The translations under genes were made by a program, and so were the position numbers. A stretch of 64,000 nt of DNA from the NCBI GenBank assembly GCA_965219955.1, contig OZ244799.1, positions 1,312,001 to 1,376,000 of the forward strand, written 5' to 3'. Source of the DNA: a bacterium. GTDB lineage: Bacteria; UBA8248. Below, in pieces: positions 40,223 to 51,034 of this stretch. Under the pieces are notes generated by a model, which worked only from the letters and a program-made list of their open reading frames with translations, was not told where the DNA came from and did no database searches. Numbering within the stretch: the first letter of the stretch is position 1; every line of letters begins with the position of its first letter.

Positions 40223-40276
40223 AACAGCCCTCCATTGGGGATCGGCCGTATATTCCCTCAGTTGGCACGAATTGAC

Positions 40277-40870
40277 TTATCTCCTCTTTGCTTGCTTGAG
40301 GAAACCCTCGCTCGCACCGTATATCGTAGCGCTGACTTTCTCCTTCAGCTTATAATTCCCCAGATCGGTTCGCCCTTGCAGGCCGGTGCCAACCAGACGA
40401 AAACGAGACCCCTCCATCAAAACCCGCGAATCCGTATCAATACGTTTTTCTTTCGAGCGAAAATACAGAGAGTCTGTTTTCATTGAAACGCCATTCGACG
40501 CCAGGATGGTGACATTGCCGCTGATCCTGATGTTTCGACTCTCGTTCTGCATCGTGCCTTCCTGAGCAATCACATGCGACGGTTCACCTTCTTTCGGATA
40601 AAAACGAAGCTTCAGGTTCTTCAGAATGGTCAAACCTTTCTGACGGTAGACCTTTGCGGAATCCGCCCATAACTCCCATTCCCTGACGCCTTTCGTGTTT
40701 TGAACAACATGCACTTTGTCTATGTTAAAGTCTGCATCCGAGTCGGTGAACGAAATTTTTCCTGCATCGAGATAATGACTCGAAGTACCCACGATGAAAT
40801 AGGCAATAGTACCGCCAACCGCGAGCAGAAAGCCCAGCAATCCCACTCTCAGCATCTTACGGAAAAGCAT
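40277..40870 (-). CDS. lptC: LPS export protein LptC
   Basis: N-terminal TM, WELWADSA, GNV, KTDSL beta-jellyroll pattern; upstream of lptA. Confidence 0.85.
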   Translation of the reverse strand: MLFRKMLRVGLLGFLLAVGGTIAYFIVGTSSHYLDAGKISFTDSDADFNIDKVHVVQNTKGVREWELWADSAKVYRQKGLTILKNLKLRFYPKEGEPSHVIAQEGTMQNESRNIRISGNVTILASNGVSMKTDSLYFRSKEKRIDTDSRVLMEGSRFRLVGTGLQGRTDLGNYKLKEKVSATIYGASEGFLKQAKRR

Positions 40871-40999
40871 CGCAAACCTTCTGAAGCACAGGCGGTATTC
40901 AACGTCAAAATATGCTATGTCTGCGATAAGAGATTCATCCCCCCAGAACCACGAAATTTATCTTCCTGCTCCGGTTACCCTCTTATTTCAAAGTGCATA

Positions 41000-41015
41000 T
41001 GCAAAAATAATGCCC
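41000..41015 (-). promoter_or_regulatory. Candidate sigma54 -24/-12 element upstream of lptCAB-rpoN
   Basis: Minus strand GGGCATTATTTTTGCA has exact GG-N10-GC spacing with TTGCA. Confidence 0.45.
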
Positions 41016-41059
41016 TGGTAGATTGCCACCCTTTCCTTTTTTTGTAAAGAAGAATTATT

Positions 41060-41473
41060 TCATGGCCGGAAAATGGATAAGCGTCGACTGCTGTCTCCCA
41101 CAATCTCAAATTTGACGTGAGTCAGTAAAGAGAAACGCCATTTCTCCACATGGTTAGGCCACTCGATCAACACAAAATCGCTATCGCCGATATGATCCCA
41201 CAAACCCATTTCCTTGAGGTCTGAACCCTTCGGGAGTCGATACAGGTCGATATGGTGTACGGGTGGTATTGTCGGATAGTGGTGAATGTAAACAAAAGTG
41301 GGACTTCTGACAGTTCGCCCTTCTCCGCCGGACATCGATTCGATAAAACCTTTGGCAAACACCGTCTTTCCGGCGCCTAGATCACCATCGAGCAGAATGA
41401 CCTCGCCGGGCCTCGATACTTTTGCCAAACGAGCACCCAACCCGGCCGTTTGCTCAACCGAGTCGCTTTGCAT
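41060..41473 (-). CDS. tsaE: tRNA t6A biosynthesis ATPase TsaE
   Basis: GDLGAGKT, SPTF, HIDLYRL, LIEW; start uncertain (41473 or near 41494). Confidence 0.92.
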   Translation of the reverse strand: MQSDSVEQTAGLGARLAKVSRPGEVILLDGDLGAGKTVFAKGFIESMSGGEGRTVRSPTFVYIHHYPTIPPVHHIDLYRLPKGSDLKEMGLWDHIGDSDFVLIEWPNHVEKWRFSLLTHVKFEIVGDSSRRLSIFRP

Positions 41474-41486
41474 CTGAAAAGGGAGT

Positions 41487-43061
41487 TCAAGCAGTTTTGG
41501 AACCTCCTGCTTCCATGAGCACTTCCCTCCTCGCCCTGGGAAGGGCCTGTATGATATCGGTTGCCGTGATTCCGAGCCCGCCCACTTCCAGGGACGCCAA
41601 TTCGCCTGACAAGCCATGCAGATAAACCCCGCAAGCCAAAGCCCATTTTCGGGAAAGCCCCTGGGCGAGCAAGGCGCCGATGACGCCCGCCAATACATCT
41701 CCACTTCCGGCGGTGGCCATATTGGAATTTCCCGTGGGGTTGTACCAGATTTCCCCATCCGATGTGGCGACAATCGTTCCCCAGCCCTTCAAGGCGACAT
41801 CAAGATGGTGTTGCGCAGCAAACGAGCTTGCATGCGTAACGCGATCTTCTTGCACTTCCCTCGTCGAGATTCCGAGAAGCCTCGCCATTTCTCCAGGATG
41901 AGGCGTCAGGATCAGCTGAGCCAGTCTGCCATCCAGGATGGTCAAATCCTGCGCAAGCGCATTCAGGCCATCGGCATCGAGGACGATGGGAGCATCAACG
42001 TGCTGGATGAGGCGGTGAACAAGCTCCATCGTTCTCGGATTCGTCATCAGCCCGGGTCCAACGACCAGGGCACTCATGTCTTCTGAACGCTCGACGATAA
42101 AATCGAACGCCGATGCATCCACAGATCCGGATTCCGTCGCCGGCAAAGATAGCGCCATGACTTCGGGATACATGCTCTCTACCAGGGGATAAATACTTTC
42201 CGGCACAGCAAGCGTCACCCGGCCAGCGCCCGAACGAAGAGCCGACATGGCCGCCATCAAAGCGGCTCCCGACATACCGGGCGCTCCAGCTATCAACAAA
42301 AGGTGGCCGGCGTCCCCTTTGTGCGCATCGGGGCGCCTTTCCGGCAAATTTTCAGCCACATCAAAAGGTTCCGTAACGTGGAGTGAAATATTCTCTTCTT
42401 TCAGACACTCCTGCGGGATCCCGATGTCGAGAGATATGACCTCTCCTGCATGCTCGGCGGCAGGCATGAGAAGATGGCCCCGTTTGAGGGCGCCCAAAGC
42501 CAAAGTGATCTCTGCATCGATATACGGAAGTTCAGCCCTGCCCGTAGTGGCGTCGAGCCCGGACGGCATATCAATGGCCACTACCGGGGTCTCGCCGGCG
42601 GAAAGGATGCGGACGGCCTCCTCCGGAAGGCCCCGGGCAGGCGGCCGGAACCCGGTTCCCAGAATGGCGTCTATTATCAGATCCGCATTCTTCCCCATCT
42701 CCTCCAGCAGCGAGGCGTTATCCTCCGCCACCTCCAGGATGGGAATTCGCATCTTCTCGAGCGATTTCAAAAAAATGGCCGGGTCGCCCGCGGCTTCTCT
42801 CAGAGGAAACAAAGCCGCGACATCGACGTCGGCTCCGGCATTGCGTAAATGCCTGGCAACAACGAAGCCATCCCCACCGTTGTTCCCTTTTCCGCAAACG
42901 ACCAGAACACGGAGACCGGCTCTGCCGTATTTTTCCCAGATCGCTTGAGCGGATTTTGCCCCTGCCGTCTCCATCAGGCATGTGGAGGGAATTCCATAAT
43001 CCTGAATCGCCCGGTTGTCGATATTCGACATTTCCTGGGCTGTTGCGACGGGAATCGGCAT
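41487..43061 (-). CDS. nnr: Bifunctional NAD(P)HX epimerase/dehydratase
   Basis: LMETAG, GKGNNGGDG, DAILGTG, HKGDAG, LDADGL, LTPHPGEM, TAGSGDVLAG. Confidence 0.95.
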   Translation of the reverse strand: MPIPVATAQEMSNIDNRAIQDYGIPSTCLMETAGAKSAQAIWEKYGRAGLRVLVVCGKGNNGGDGFVVARHLRNAGADVDVAALFPLREAAGDPAIFLKSLEKMRIPILEVAEDNASLLEEMGKNADLIIDAILGTGFRPPARGLPEEAVRILSAGETPVVAIDMPSGLDATTGRAELPYIDAEITLALGALKRGHLLMPAAEHAGEVISLDIGIPQECLKEENISLHVTEPFDVAENLPERRPDAHKGDAGHLLLIAGAPGMSGAALMAAMSALRSGAGRVTLAVPESIYPLVESMYPEVMALSLPATESGSVDASAFDFIVERSEDMSALVVGPGLMTNPRTMELVHRLIQHVDAPIVLDADGLNALAQDLTILDGRLAQLILTPHPGEMARLLGISTREVQEDRVTHASSFAAQHHLDVALKGWGTIVATSDGEIWYNPTGNSNMATAGSGDVLAGVIGALLAQGLSRKWALACGVYLHGLSGELASLEVGGLGITATDIIQALPRARREVLMEAGGSKTA

Positions 43062-43063
43062 GC

Positions 43064-43792
43064 TCAGGCGGGGCCTGCCCGCTCGATGATATTCGACATC
43101 TCGCGCACGGCTCTCTCAAAACCGACGAAAACGGAATGCGAGACAATGCTGTGGCCGATGTTCAGTTCCTGCAGGTGGGGAAGAGAGGCCACGGCTTCCA
43201 CATTGAGGTAAGTGAGGCCGTGGCCGGCGTGTACGCCGATGCCGAGTCCGTGGGCCCGTAAAGAAGCGTTGCGGAGTGATGCCAACTCCTTTTCCTGAAA
43301 CACATGACCTTTGGCTTCAGAATAGGCAGCCGTGTTCAACTCCACGAAATCTGCGTCCAACTCCTTTGCGGCTTCGATTTGTTCGGGATGCGGGTCGATG
43401 AAAAGGCTCAAGAGGAGCCCGGCATCTCGCATGGGCTTCATCAGACCGGCTATCTGCTCGATGTTGCCCGCCACATCCAGGCCGCCCTCTGTCGTTATCT
43501 CCTCGCGCCGCTCCGGAACCAGGGTGACCTGCTCCGGCTTCACATCGAGGGCAATGCCTTGCATTTCCGGTACAGGCGCCATCTCCAGGTTGAGCTTGCC
43601 CCGAACCACCTGGCGCATCAACCTCAAGTCCCTGTCCTGGATATGCCTTCGGTCTTCACGCAGGTGAATGGTGATGCCCATCGCTCCCGCACGTTCAGCG
43701 ATGAGCGCCGCCGCCACCGGATCGGGCTCATTCGTCTTTCTCGCTTCACGGATGGTGGCGACGTGGTCCACATTCACACAAAGTTCAGGCAT
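43064..43792 (-). CDS. pdxJ: Pyridoxine 5'-phosphate synthase
   Basis: [38 protein letters not shown]. Confidence 0.97.
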   Translation of the reverse strand: MPELCVNVDHVATIREARKTNEPDPVAAALIAERAGAMGITIHLREDRRHIQDRDLRLMRQVVRGKLNLEMAPVPEMQGIALDVKPEQVTLVPERREEITTEGGLDVAGNIEQIAGLMKPMRDAGLLLSLFIDPHPEQIEAAKELDADFVELNTAAYSEAKGHVFQEKELASLRNASLRAHGLGIGVHAGHGLTYLNVEAVASLPHLQELNIGHSIVSHSVFVGFERAVREMSNIIERAGPA

Positions 43793-43905
43793 CGTTCCCC
43801 TCAACACCACAAATGCAACACCATGTTATATGGACGTTCTCGTCCACAGCGCCGGAAACCAGAGGCACTCCAGCCCTCAACCATAAATCGAAATACAGGG
43901 AGAGA

Positions 43906-45825
43906 CTAGGCTTGGCCGGGCGCCAAGTCAGTCGGCGATGACTGCGGATCCTCACGAGGTTTTCCCTCCGGGTGTGGTGAAGCCGAAGTGTTTTCTTCGC
44001 CAACCTCGTCTTTTCGCTTTGGACTCCTGGAAATTTGTCCGGTTTCCATCAAAGACTCGATATCTTTGAGATCGATGGTTTCATACTCGAGCAACGCATT
44101 GGCGAGCAAATCGAGCTTGTCCCGATTTTCCTCGAGCAATTTATACGCTCTCTCATAACTCGACGAAACCATATCCTTCACTTCATTATCGATTTCAAGT
44201 GCCACCTGGTCGCTATAGTCCCTGTGCTGGGAGATTTCACGCCCCAGGAAGATCTGCTCATGTTTTTTCCCGTATGCCAAAGGACCGAGTTTCTCGCTCA
44301 TCCCCCATTCACAAACCATGCTTCTCGCCAGGTCGGTCGATGTCTGGATGTCGGCTTTCGCGCCTGTCGTCAGTTCTTCAAAAACCAACATCTCCGCAGC
44401 ACGTCCACCCATCAGGCAGGCAAGCTGGTTCGTCAAAAACGTTTTATCGTTGCTGTAGCGATCCTCAAGAGGGGAAGACCATGTGCTTCCCAACGAAAAA
44501 CCCCGCGGGATGATCGTCACCTTCTCGACGGGATCCGTCCCGGGTATCAGCAAGGAAACAAGGGCGTGCCCCGCTTCGTGGTAGGCTGTATTTCTCTTCT
44601 CCTTTTCGCTGAGCGCCATGCTGCGCCGCTCCTTGCCCATCAAGACTTTATCCTTCGCTTCCATCAGGTCTTCATTTTCAACAGAGCTTTTTCCCCGGCG
44701 CGCCGCAAGGAGTGCGGATTCGTTCAAAAGGTTCGCCAGATCAGCGCCCGCAAATCGCGGGGTGCCACGCGCTATGAGATTCAAATCGACGGTTTCATCG
44801 AGCGGCACCTTCTCCGCATGCACTTTCAAAATCGCCAGACGGCCTTTAATGTCAGGCAAGGAAACAACAATCTGGCGGTCAAAGCGGCCCGGGCGGAGGA
44901 GAGCCGGGTCCAACACGTCCGGCCGGTTCGTCGCCGCCATCAGGATGACCCCGTCATTCGACTCAAAACCATCCATCTCGACGAGGAGCTGATTGAGCGT
45001 CTGCTCACGTTCATCGTGGCCGCCACCGAGGCCGGCGCCCCTGTGCCGCCCGACAGCATCAATCTCATCAATGAAAATGATGCACGGCGCATTTGCTTTG
45101 CCCTGCTCGAACAAATCCCGGACTCTCGACGCCCCGACCCCGACAAACATCTCCACAAAACTGGAGCCGCTTATCGAGAAAAACGGCACATCCGCTTCGC
45201 CCGCGATGGCGCGCGCCAGCAGGGTTTTGCCCGTGCCCGGAGGGCCGACCATAAGGACACCCTTGGGAATGCGTGCGCCCAGGCGCGTGAACTTTTGCGG
45301 ATCGCGGAGAAAATCAACGAGTTCTTCGAGTTCTTCCTTCGCTTCCTCGATGCCGGCCACATCCGCGAACGTGATCTTTTTCTTCGCGGATTCGGGCATC
45401 ATTCGCGCTTTGCTTTTTCCAAACGACAGCGCTTTGGAGCCGCCCATCTGCATCTGGCGCATGAAGAAAATCCAAACGCCCAGCATCACCAGCATGGGCA
45501 GCCAACTCAACAGCATGTTCATATACCAGGAGTTTTGTTCTACGGGCTGCGCCGTGATGCGAACGCCCTTGGCTCTGAGGGTGTCGATCAGTTTCGGGTC
45601 CTTGGGAGCGTGGGTATGGAAGGATCTGCCGCTCAGGTAGCGGCCCCGGATGTTGTCACCCTGGACGATCACTTCGCTCACCTGTCCTTCAGATACCGCT
45701 TGCAGAAAATCGCTATAAACAACCGTTCTGTCCGTCGAGCGCGGGCTATTGAAGGCCTGGAACAAGCCCACCATTATCAACCCGATAATCAGCCAGAGCG
45801 CCAAATTCTTGTAAAATTGATTCAA
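43906..45825 (-). CDS. ftsH: ATP-dependent zinc metalloprotease FtsH
   Basis: Two TMs, [28 protein letters not shown]. Confidence 0.98.
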   Translation of the reverse strand: MNQFYKNLALWLIIGLIMVGLFQAFNSPRSTDRTVVYSDFLQAVSEGQVSEVIVQGDNIRGRYLSGRSFHTHAPKDPKLIDTLRAKGVRITAQPVEQNSWYMNMLLSWLPMLVMLGVWIFFMRQMQMGGSKALSFGKSKARMMPESAKKKITFADVAGIEEAKEELEELVDFLRDPQKFTRLGARIPKGVLMVGPPGTGKTLLARAIAGEADVPFFSISGSSFVEMFVGVGASRVRDLFEQGKANAPCIIFIDEIDAVGRHRGAGLGGGHDEREQTLNQLLVEMDGFESNDGVILMAATNRPDVLDPALLRPGRFDRQIVVSLPDIKGRLAILKVHAEKVPLDETVDLNLIARGTPRFAGADLANLLNESALLAARRGKSSVENEDLMEAKDKVLMGKERRSMALSEKEKRNTAYHEAGHALVSLLIPGTDPVEKVTIIPRGFSLGSTWSSPLEDRYSNDKTFLTNQLACLMGGRAAEMLVFEELTTGAKADIQTSTDLARSMVCEWGMSEKLGPLAYGKKHEQIFLGREISQHRDYSDQVALEIDNEVKDMVSSSYERAYKLLEENRDKLDLLANALLEYETIDLKDIESLMETGQISRSPKRKDEVGEENTSASPHPEGKPREDPQSSPTDLAPGQA

Positions 45826-45921
45826 AATGCCTTCCTTCTCTTTCCGGTGAGCGGCTCTTTAAACCCTGAAAACAAGTTATCAGGATTTTTCTCATCCGTC
45901 TACGAGTGAAACTTCAAATCA

Positions 45922-47406
45922 CTAAGCCAACGAACTTAAGAACTTACTATCTCCATTCTCCAGCAACGCTTTAAGGATAACCCCCTGCTTTCCGCTCCCG
46001 TCAAGCAGGAAATCCGCTGAAACCTGATGGCCTATGATCCATGCCACCTTGTCTCCGGCGGTCAGGAGAGGTATCCGGTTCCTGAAGGCTCTCGGTATTT
46101 TTCGTTCTATGAGGTAATCCTTGAGTTTCCTCTCTTTCGTTCGCCCCAAGGGACGGAATCGGTCTCCATCGCGCCGGGTCCGGATACAGGCGTCCGCCCC
46201 CAGCTTTTCCAGATCAAACCGCGCCTCCCATGCCCCATTTGTTTGAGGGGTGAAATCGCATGAAGCTTCTATTTCCAGACACAGCGAATGATGAACCGTC
46301 TTTCCTGGAACCCGCAGCCTTTGCTCCTCAAGCAGCCTGGATTCCATGCGGGAACAACCGAAGATCAGACGGCCATATTCCCTTCTCGCCACCAGGCCGC
46401 CCGGCAAACTCAACACTCCCGAGGGCTTATCCCCCATCGCCAGGCCATCCAGGTCTTCAATCCATTTTCGCAGAGCACGCCTGCGGGCGTGAGCAGGCGA
46501 TTCGTCCCTGAGCATGTCCAGCACCGAGCGCCAAAGCTCGGCTCTATGCAACGGAGAGAGTTCTTTCACCTCGCGTAATGGGAAGACAATGAGTTCCTCA
46601 TCATCCTCACGGATGAATTTCGCACTCAAATCCCTGGACATTTTATCCATGAGAGAGACAAGCGGGGCGGATATCTCCGCACTCCTGGCGATTCCGCTGA
46701 CAGCCGCATCGCCTATATGTTCCCGTACGGCCGGCATGATTTTTTTGCGTATCCGGTTTCTGAGGCGGCTCTCGTCCGCATTCATTTCATCCTCGACCCA
46801 GGAGATGCTCTGCGCCTCCAGATACTCCACAATCTCCTTGCGCGACACGTTCAGCAAGGGCCGGATGATGTGGAACCCCTCTTCTCCTTTCGACGAAAAC
46901 GGGGTCCGCCACTTCATGCCTGAAATCCCTCTCACGCCTGCTCCTTCAAACAAGCGCATGAGCACGGTTTCAGCCTGGTCATCCATGTTGTGGGCCAACG
47001 CGAGGGTATCGGCGCCAATCTCCCTGGCGGCCGTCAGAAAAGCCGAACGCCTCGATTCGCGAGCAGCTCCTTCGAGTCCCAATTGCGCTATTCGAGACAC
47101 ACGAACATGCTCGCAACGGAAATCAATGCCGTACAGCTGACACACGTGCCTGGCATGTTCAGCGTCTTTTTTCGACAGGCTCCCGCGGAGCCCGTGTTCG
47201 ACATGAACGGCACAAAGGGGCTGTGATTCCGGCAGAAGCGACTTTAAGGACATCAAGAGAGCCGTGGAATCCGCGCCACCGGAAAAACCAACGAGCAAAG
47301 GGGCAGACCTGGCCTTATAAGCCGATTTTCTGAGGCCCTTTCTCACCTTGGCCTCGAATATTTTTTTTGCTTTCAAGGAAGTTCCTTGCGAGGCGCCTGC
47401 CATCAC
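45922..47406 (-). CDS. tilS: tRNA(Ile)-lysidine synthetase
   Basis: SGGADS, HVEHGLR, AHNMDDQAET, RPLL, RNRIR, KLKDYLI. Confidence 0.95.
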   Translation of the reverse strand: MMAGASQGTSLKAKKIFEAKVRKGLRKSAYKARSAPLLVGFSGGADSTALLMSLKSLLPESQPLCAVHVEHGLRGSLSKKDAEHARHVCQLYGIDFRCEHVRVSRIAQLGLEGAARESRRSAFLTAAREIGADTLALAHNMDDQAETVLMRLFEGAGVRGISGMKWRTPFSSKGEEGFHIIRPLLNVSRKEIVEYLEAQSISWVEDEMNADESRLRNRIRKKIMPAVREHIGDAAVSGIARSAEISAPLVSLMDKMSRDLSAKFIREDDEELIVFPLREVKELSPLHRAELWRSVLDMLRDESPAHARRRALRKWIEDLDGLAMGDKPSGVLSLPGGLVARREYGRLIFGCSRMESRLLEEQRLRVPGKTVHHSLCLEIEASCDFTPQTNGAWEARFDLEKLGADACIRTRRDGDRFRPLGRTKERKLKDYLIERKIPRAFRNRIPLLTAGDKVAWIIGHQVSADFLLDGSGKQGVILKALLENGDSKFLSSLA

Positions 47407-47437
47407 CTGAGATATCCTCCCCTGAGCGGCGAGGAAT

Positions 47438-47514
47438 TGGTAGCGGCGGAGGGACTTGAACCCCCAACACTACGGATATGAGCCGTATGCTCTAACCGGT
47501 TGAGCTACGCCGCC
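47438..47514 (-). tRNA. tRNA-Met (CAT), elongator type
   Basis: GGCGGCG acceptor stem, TACGG-CTCATAT-CCGTA anticodon arm, GTTCAAGTCC T-loop, CCA. Confidence 0.93.
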
Positions 47515-47527
47515 AGAATGCACCCCG

Positions 47528-47683
47528 TCAGGGAGACTGCTTGGGTCGGAATATGGCGAAAACAAACATGGCAGAGAGAATATAGAAAAAAACCTGCATA
47601 CCAATGTCTTCCATGCGAAAGCCTACCATCAAGCACAAATATCCCAAAAAGAGCAAGATCAGAATTTCGATTTCACGCCTCAT
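47528..47683 (-). CDS. 51-aa membrane microprotein with two predicted TM helices
   Basis: MRREIEILILLFLGYLCLMVGF..VFFYILSAMFVFAIFRPK; GGAG RBS; ATGA overlap with the upstream ORF. Confidence 0.6.
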   Translation of the reverse strand: MRREIEILILLFLGYLCLMVGFRMEDIGMQVFFYILSAMFVFAIFRPKQSP

Positions 47684-47877
47684 TTGTCGTTTGCTCCCCG
47701 TTCTAGGCCTTCGGATGAAGACGGAATTTCCTTCGATTGCGTTTGCTGTAACCTCAAGTCCGGTGAAAATTCCGGACAAAAAATCGCCCCGTTCGGTTCA
47801 TTACGATACTTCAGGCGGCAACCCTCTCGCCAAGCGCAAACAACACACTCGCGAACTCCCTGGTAGGCCACGCTCAA
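47680..47877 (-). CDS. Small four-cysteine protein (CxxCAWRxxC..CPEF)
   Basis: AAGGAG RBS + TTG 47877; CVVCAWREGC..FCPEFSPD; TTGACG..TATATT promoter-like sequence at 47916-47945. Confidence 0.65.
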   Translation of the reverse strand: MSVAYQGVRECVVCAWREGCRLKYRNEPNGAIFCPEFSPDLRLQQTQSKEIPSSSEGLERGANDK

Positions 47878-48052
47878 ATATCTCCTTCCAAAATTCCGCC
47901 TCACTACAGGAGCAGAATATAAATGCCCGGAACCGAAAACGTCAAGTTTTCTATTTTTTCCGGCCTCCCCTTCCCATAAACCCCGGAGCCGGACAACACT
48001 TTATGGAAAATTCCACAAACCGCTTCAAAACAAAACCTGAAAACCATCTGAA

Positions 48053-49765
48053 TTAACTGCCGGATTTCATTTCTTCGGAAACCAGATTTTCCAAAAAAGC
48101 CGCCGACTCGCCAATCGCTACAAGTTGTGTTTCTCCCGTCCTTCTCGATTTTATCTCGATTTTACCTTCCTTGAGACCTCTGGGTCCGATGACCGCTTTG
48201 TAAGGGAACCCGATGAGATCGGCATCCTTGAATTTCACGCCCGGGCGCTCATCCCTGTCATCAAGCGCGACATCCAGCCCTGCGGCCTCGAGCGAGTCGT
48301 AGAGGTGCTCGCAAACTTTCATGGTTTCATCATCCACTCTCACCGGAATGATGTCCACATGATACGGAGCGATGGGAGTCGGCCAGATGATGCCGTCCTC
48401 ATCATGGTTCTGCTCAATGGCCGCCGCGACTGTTCGGCCTACGCCGATGCCATAACAGCCCATGACGATAGAGTGCGTCTCGCCATTCTCGTCCTGATAG
48501 GTAGCGTCTAAAGATTCAGAATACTTGCAACCCAGCTTGAAGACATGCCCCACTTCGATGCCTCGCCGGATGCTGAGCCCAGCCTCGCATTTTGGGCAGG
48601 CGTCTCCTGCCTGGGCAACCGTGAGGTCGGCAAATATGCCTGCGGTAAAGTCACGACCCTCGCGAGCGCCTGTGTAGTGATAGTCCGTTTGATTTGCCCC
48701 GACAATCAGCCCTTCGCTATTTTCAAGGGCGCAATCCGCCACGAGCCGAACATCAGACAAGCCTACAGGCCCTGCAAAGCCCACTTCGGAGTTGGTCAGC
48801 TTCTCTACCGTCTCGGCGTCGGCAAGTTCGATATCCACCGCATCAAGCGCATTTTTCAGTTTGATCTCGTTCAATTCCCTGTGGCCTGGAATCATAGCGG
48901 CCACCGGCTCATCGTCTGCGATATACAAAAGAGTCTTGACCATGCGATACGGAGGCAGAGAGAAAAATTCCGCCACTTCTTCTATGGAATGAGCGTCGGG
49001 AGTATGGACTTTTTCAAGTTCGCCTCCCTCATTCCCGGGCAACTTCAAGGATACCGGCGATTTTTCCACATTCGCCGCGTACCCACACGAATCACAAACC
49101 GTGATCGCCTCCTCGCCCGTATCGGCCATGACCATGAACTCATGCGAAAAACTCCCGCCGATGGCCCCTGAATCCGCCTCCACGGCGCTGAACTTCAGTC
49201 CACAGCGCTGAAATATCCGGGTATAGGCCTGCACCATTTCTTCATAACTTCGCTCCGCGCCCGCCTCGTCTCTATCAAAGCTGTAGCCGTCCTTCATCGT
49301 GAACTCCCGCCCACGCATCACGCCGAAACGGGGCCTGATCTCGTCCCTGAATTTCGTTTGAATCTGATAGAGATTGAGCGGCAGGTCCCGATAACTCCTT
49401 ACCTCGCGCGCCACCAGATCGGTGATTACCTCCTCATGCGTGGGTCCCAGACAAAAATCGCGCTCATGGCGATCTTTCAAGCGGATCAATTCTTTGCCGT
49501 ATACTTCCCACCGTCCCGTCTTTCGCCAAAGCTCGGCCGGGTTCAGCGCAGGAAGGAAAACTTCTTGCGCGTCTGCGCGATTCAACTCCTCACGCAATAT
49601 CTGCTCGACCTTGCGCTGCACGCGCACGCCGATGGGCAAAAGCGTATACACGCCTGCCGCCAATCGGCGGATCATGCCTGAGCGCACCATCAGTTTATGG
49701 CTGACGACTTCCGCTTCGGCGGGCGCTTCTTTTAATGTGGGCAAAAAACCTCGTGAGAATCGCAT
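48053..49765 (-). CDS. proS: Proline--tRNA ligase
   Basis: LGPTHEE, QTKFRDEIRPRFG, INS editing domain, GIEVGHVF, MGCYGIG. Confidence 0.98.
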   Translation of the reverse strand: MRFSRGFLPTLKEAPAEAEVVSHKLMVRSGMIRRLAAGVYTLLPIGVRVQRKVEQILREELNRADAQEVFLPALNPAELWRKTGRWEVYGKELIRLKDRHERDFCLGPTHEEVITDLVAREVRSYRDLPLNLYQIQTKFRDEIRPRFGVMRGREFTMKDGYSFDRDEAGAERSYEEMVQAYTRIFQRCGLKFSAVEADSGAIGGSFSHEFMVMADTGEEAITVCDSCGYAANVEKSPVSLKLPGNEGGELEKVHTPDAHSIEEVAEFFSLPPYRMVKTLLYIADDEPVAAMIPGHRELNEIKLKNALDAVDIELADAETVEKLTNSEVGFAGPVGLSDVRLVADCALENSEGLIVGANQTDYHYTGAREGRDFTAGIFADLTVAQAGDACPKCEAGLSIRRGIEVGHVFKLGCKYSESLDATYQDENGETHSIVMGCYGIGVGRTVAAAIEQNHDEDGIIWPTPIAPYHVDIIPVRVDDETMKVCEHLYDSLEAAGLDVALDDRDERPGVKFKDADLIGFPYKAVIGPRGLKEGKIEIKSRRTGETQLVAIGESAAFLENLVSEEMKSGS

Positions 49766-49778
49766 CTATCAGATTTTC

Positions 49779-51023
49779 TTAGGAGTGAGTTACCTCAAAT
49801 TGGCCTTTTTCGTATTGCTCCGCAAGTTGCTCTACGCGCTCCACCAGGTTTTTCTTGATGTCCTCATAGGATACCAGACCTGACTTCTCGCCTTTCATGA
49901 AAATCAGAGCGCGCTTATGGCCGCCGGCCACGCCGATGTCGGCATCTTTCGCCTCACCAGGACCGTTCACCTCACAACCCATGACGGCCACCGTAATAGG
50001 CGCGTCAATATGGGCAAGCTCCTGCTCCACTTCCATGGTGAGCTTATCCACGTCAATTTGAACACGCCCGCACGATGGACACGCGACGACATTCACGCCC
50101 TTCTGGCGCAACTTCAGGCTTTTTAGAATTTCGTAGCCCACGCGCACCTCTTCCACCGGGTCCGCCGCCAGGGAAACGCGAATCGTGTCACCGATACCTT
50201 CCGAGAGCAGAATACCCAGGCCGACAGAACTTTTTACGCTGCCCGTCTGGAGGCTCCCGCTCTCCGTGATGCCCAGATGGAGAGGGTACTCGACGCGTTT
50301 CGCCATCAACCGATAGGCTTTTACCGTCCTCGCGACATCGGAGGCCTTCAAGGAGATCTTCGTGTCATAAAAGCTTCGCTTCTCCAGCATGGCGACATGG
50401 CGCAGTCCACTCTCCACCATCGCCTCGGGCGTTGCGCCGCCGAAACGATCGAGCAGGTGCTTTTCCAGGGACCCGGCGTTCACGCCAACGCGGATGGGCA
50501 GGCCATTGCCTTTCGCCGCATCGACCACTTCGCTCACCCTCTCTTCCCCGTTGATGTTGCCGGGGTTGATGCGCAGGCAATCGATCCCCGCATCCGCAGC
50601 CATCAAGGCATAGCGATAGTCGAAGTGAATATCCGCCACCAGGGGCATCTCGGTGCGTTTCCTGATTTCACAGAGCGCATTGGCCGACTTCTCGTCAGGA
50701 ACAGCCAGACGAACAATTTCACAGCCCGCAGCTTCCAGCCGCTCTATTTGGTCTACGGTCCCCTCCACATCATGCGTGTAGGTGTTGCACATCGATTGCA
50801 CCACGATGGGAGCACCGCCACCAATTTTGACGCCCCGCACTTCAACCTGAGAACTTCTTCGTCGATTGAGAGGGAACAAGGAAGGATCCGCACAAGGCAA
50901 CGCTTCGCCGGCCTCTTCCGCTCCAAGCATCGGCAAAGCGGCGCCGCTCTGCTCTTTAGGCGGGAGGCCAACCCCCGGTATGGGTTTGGCGTAAAAAACG
51001 TCGTCCGTAAATGGCTCAAACAA
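49779..51023 (-). CDS. ispG: HMBPP synthase IspG
   Basis: VQSM, ADIHFD, RINPGN, GIGDTIRVSL, CPSCGR, VMGCEVNGPGE; N-terminal extension, start uncertain. Confidence 0.96.
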   Translation of the reverse strand: MFEPFTDDVFYAKPIPGVGLPPKEQSGAALPMLGAEEAGEALPCADPSLFPLNRRRSSQVEVRGVKIGGGAPIVVQSMCNTYTHDVEGTVDQIERLEAAGCEIVRLAVPDEKSANALCEIRKRTEMPLVADIHFDYRYALMAADAGIDCLRINPGNINGEERVSEVVDAAKGNGLPIRVGVNAGSLEKHLLDRFGGATPEAMVESGLRHVAMLEKRSFYDTKISLKASDVARTVKAYRLMAKRVEYPLHLGITESGSLQTGSVKSSVGLGILLSEGIGDTIRVSLAADPVEEVRVGYEILKSLKLRQKGVNVVACPSCGRVQIDVDKLTMEVEQELAHIDAPITVAVMGCEVNGPGEAKDADIGVAGGHKRALIFMKGEKSGLVSYEDIKKNLVERVEQLAEQYEKGQFEVTHS

Positions 51024-51034
51024 TGCCCAATCCC

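Noticed and set aside
47438-47514. tRNA-Ile2 (CAT) because it abuts tilS
   Set aside because: The GGCGGCG acceptor stem and TACGG anticodon stem resemble elongator tRNA-Met. It also lacks the initiator C1 mismatch and GGG/CCC anticodon stem.
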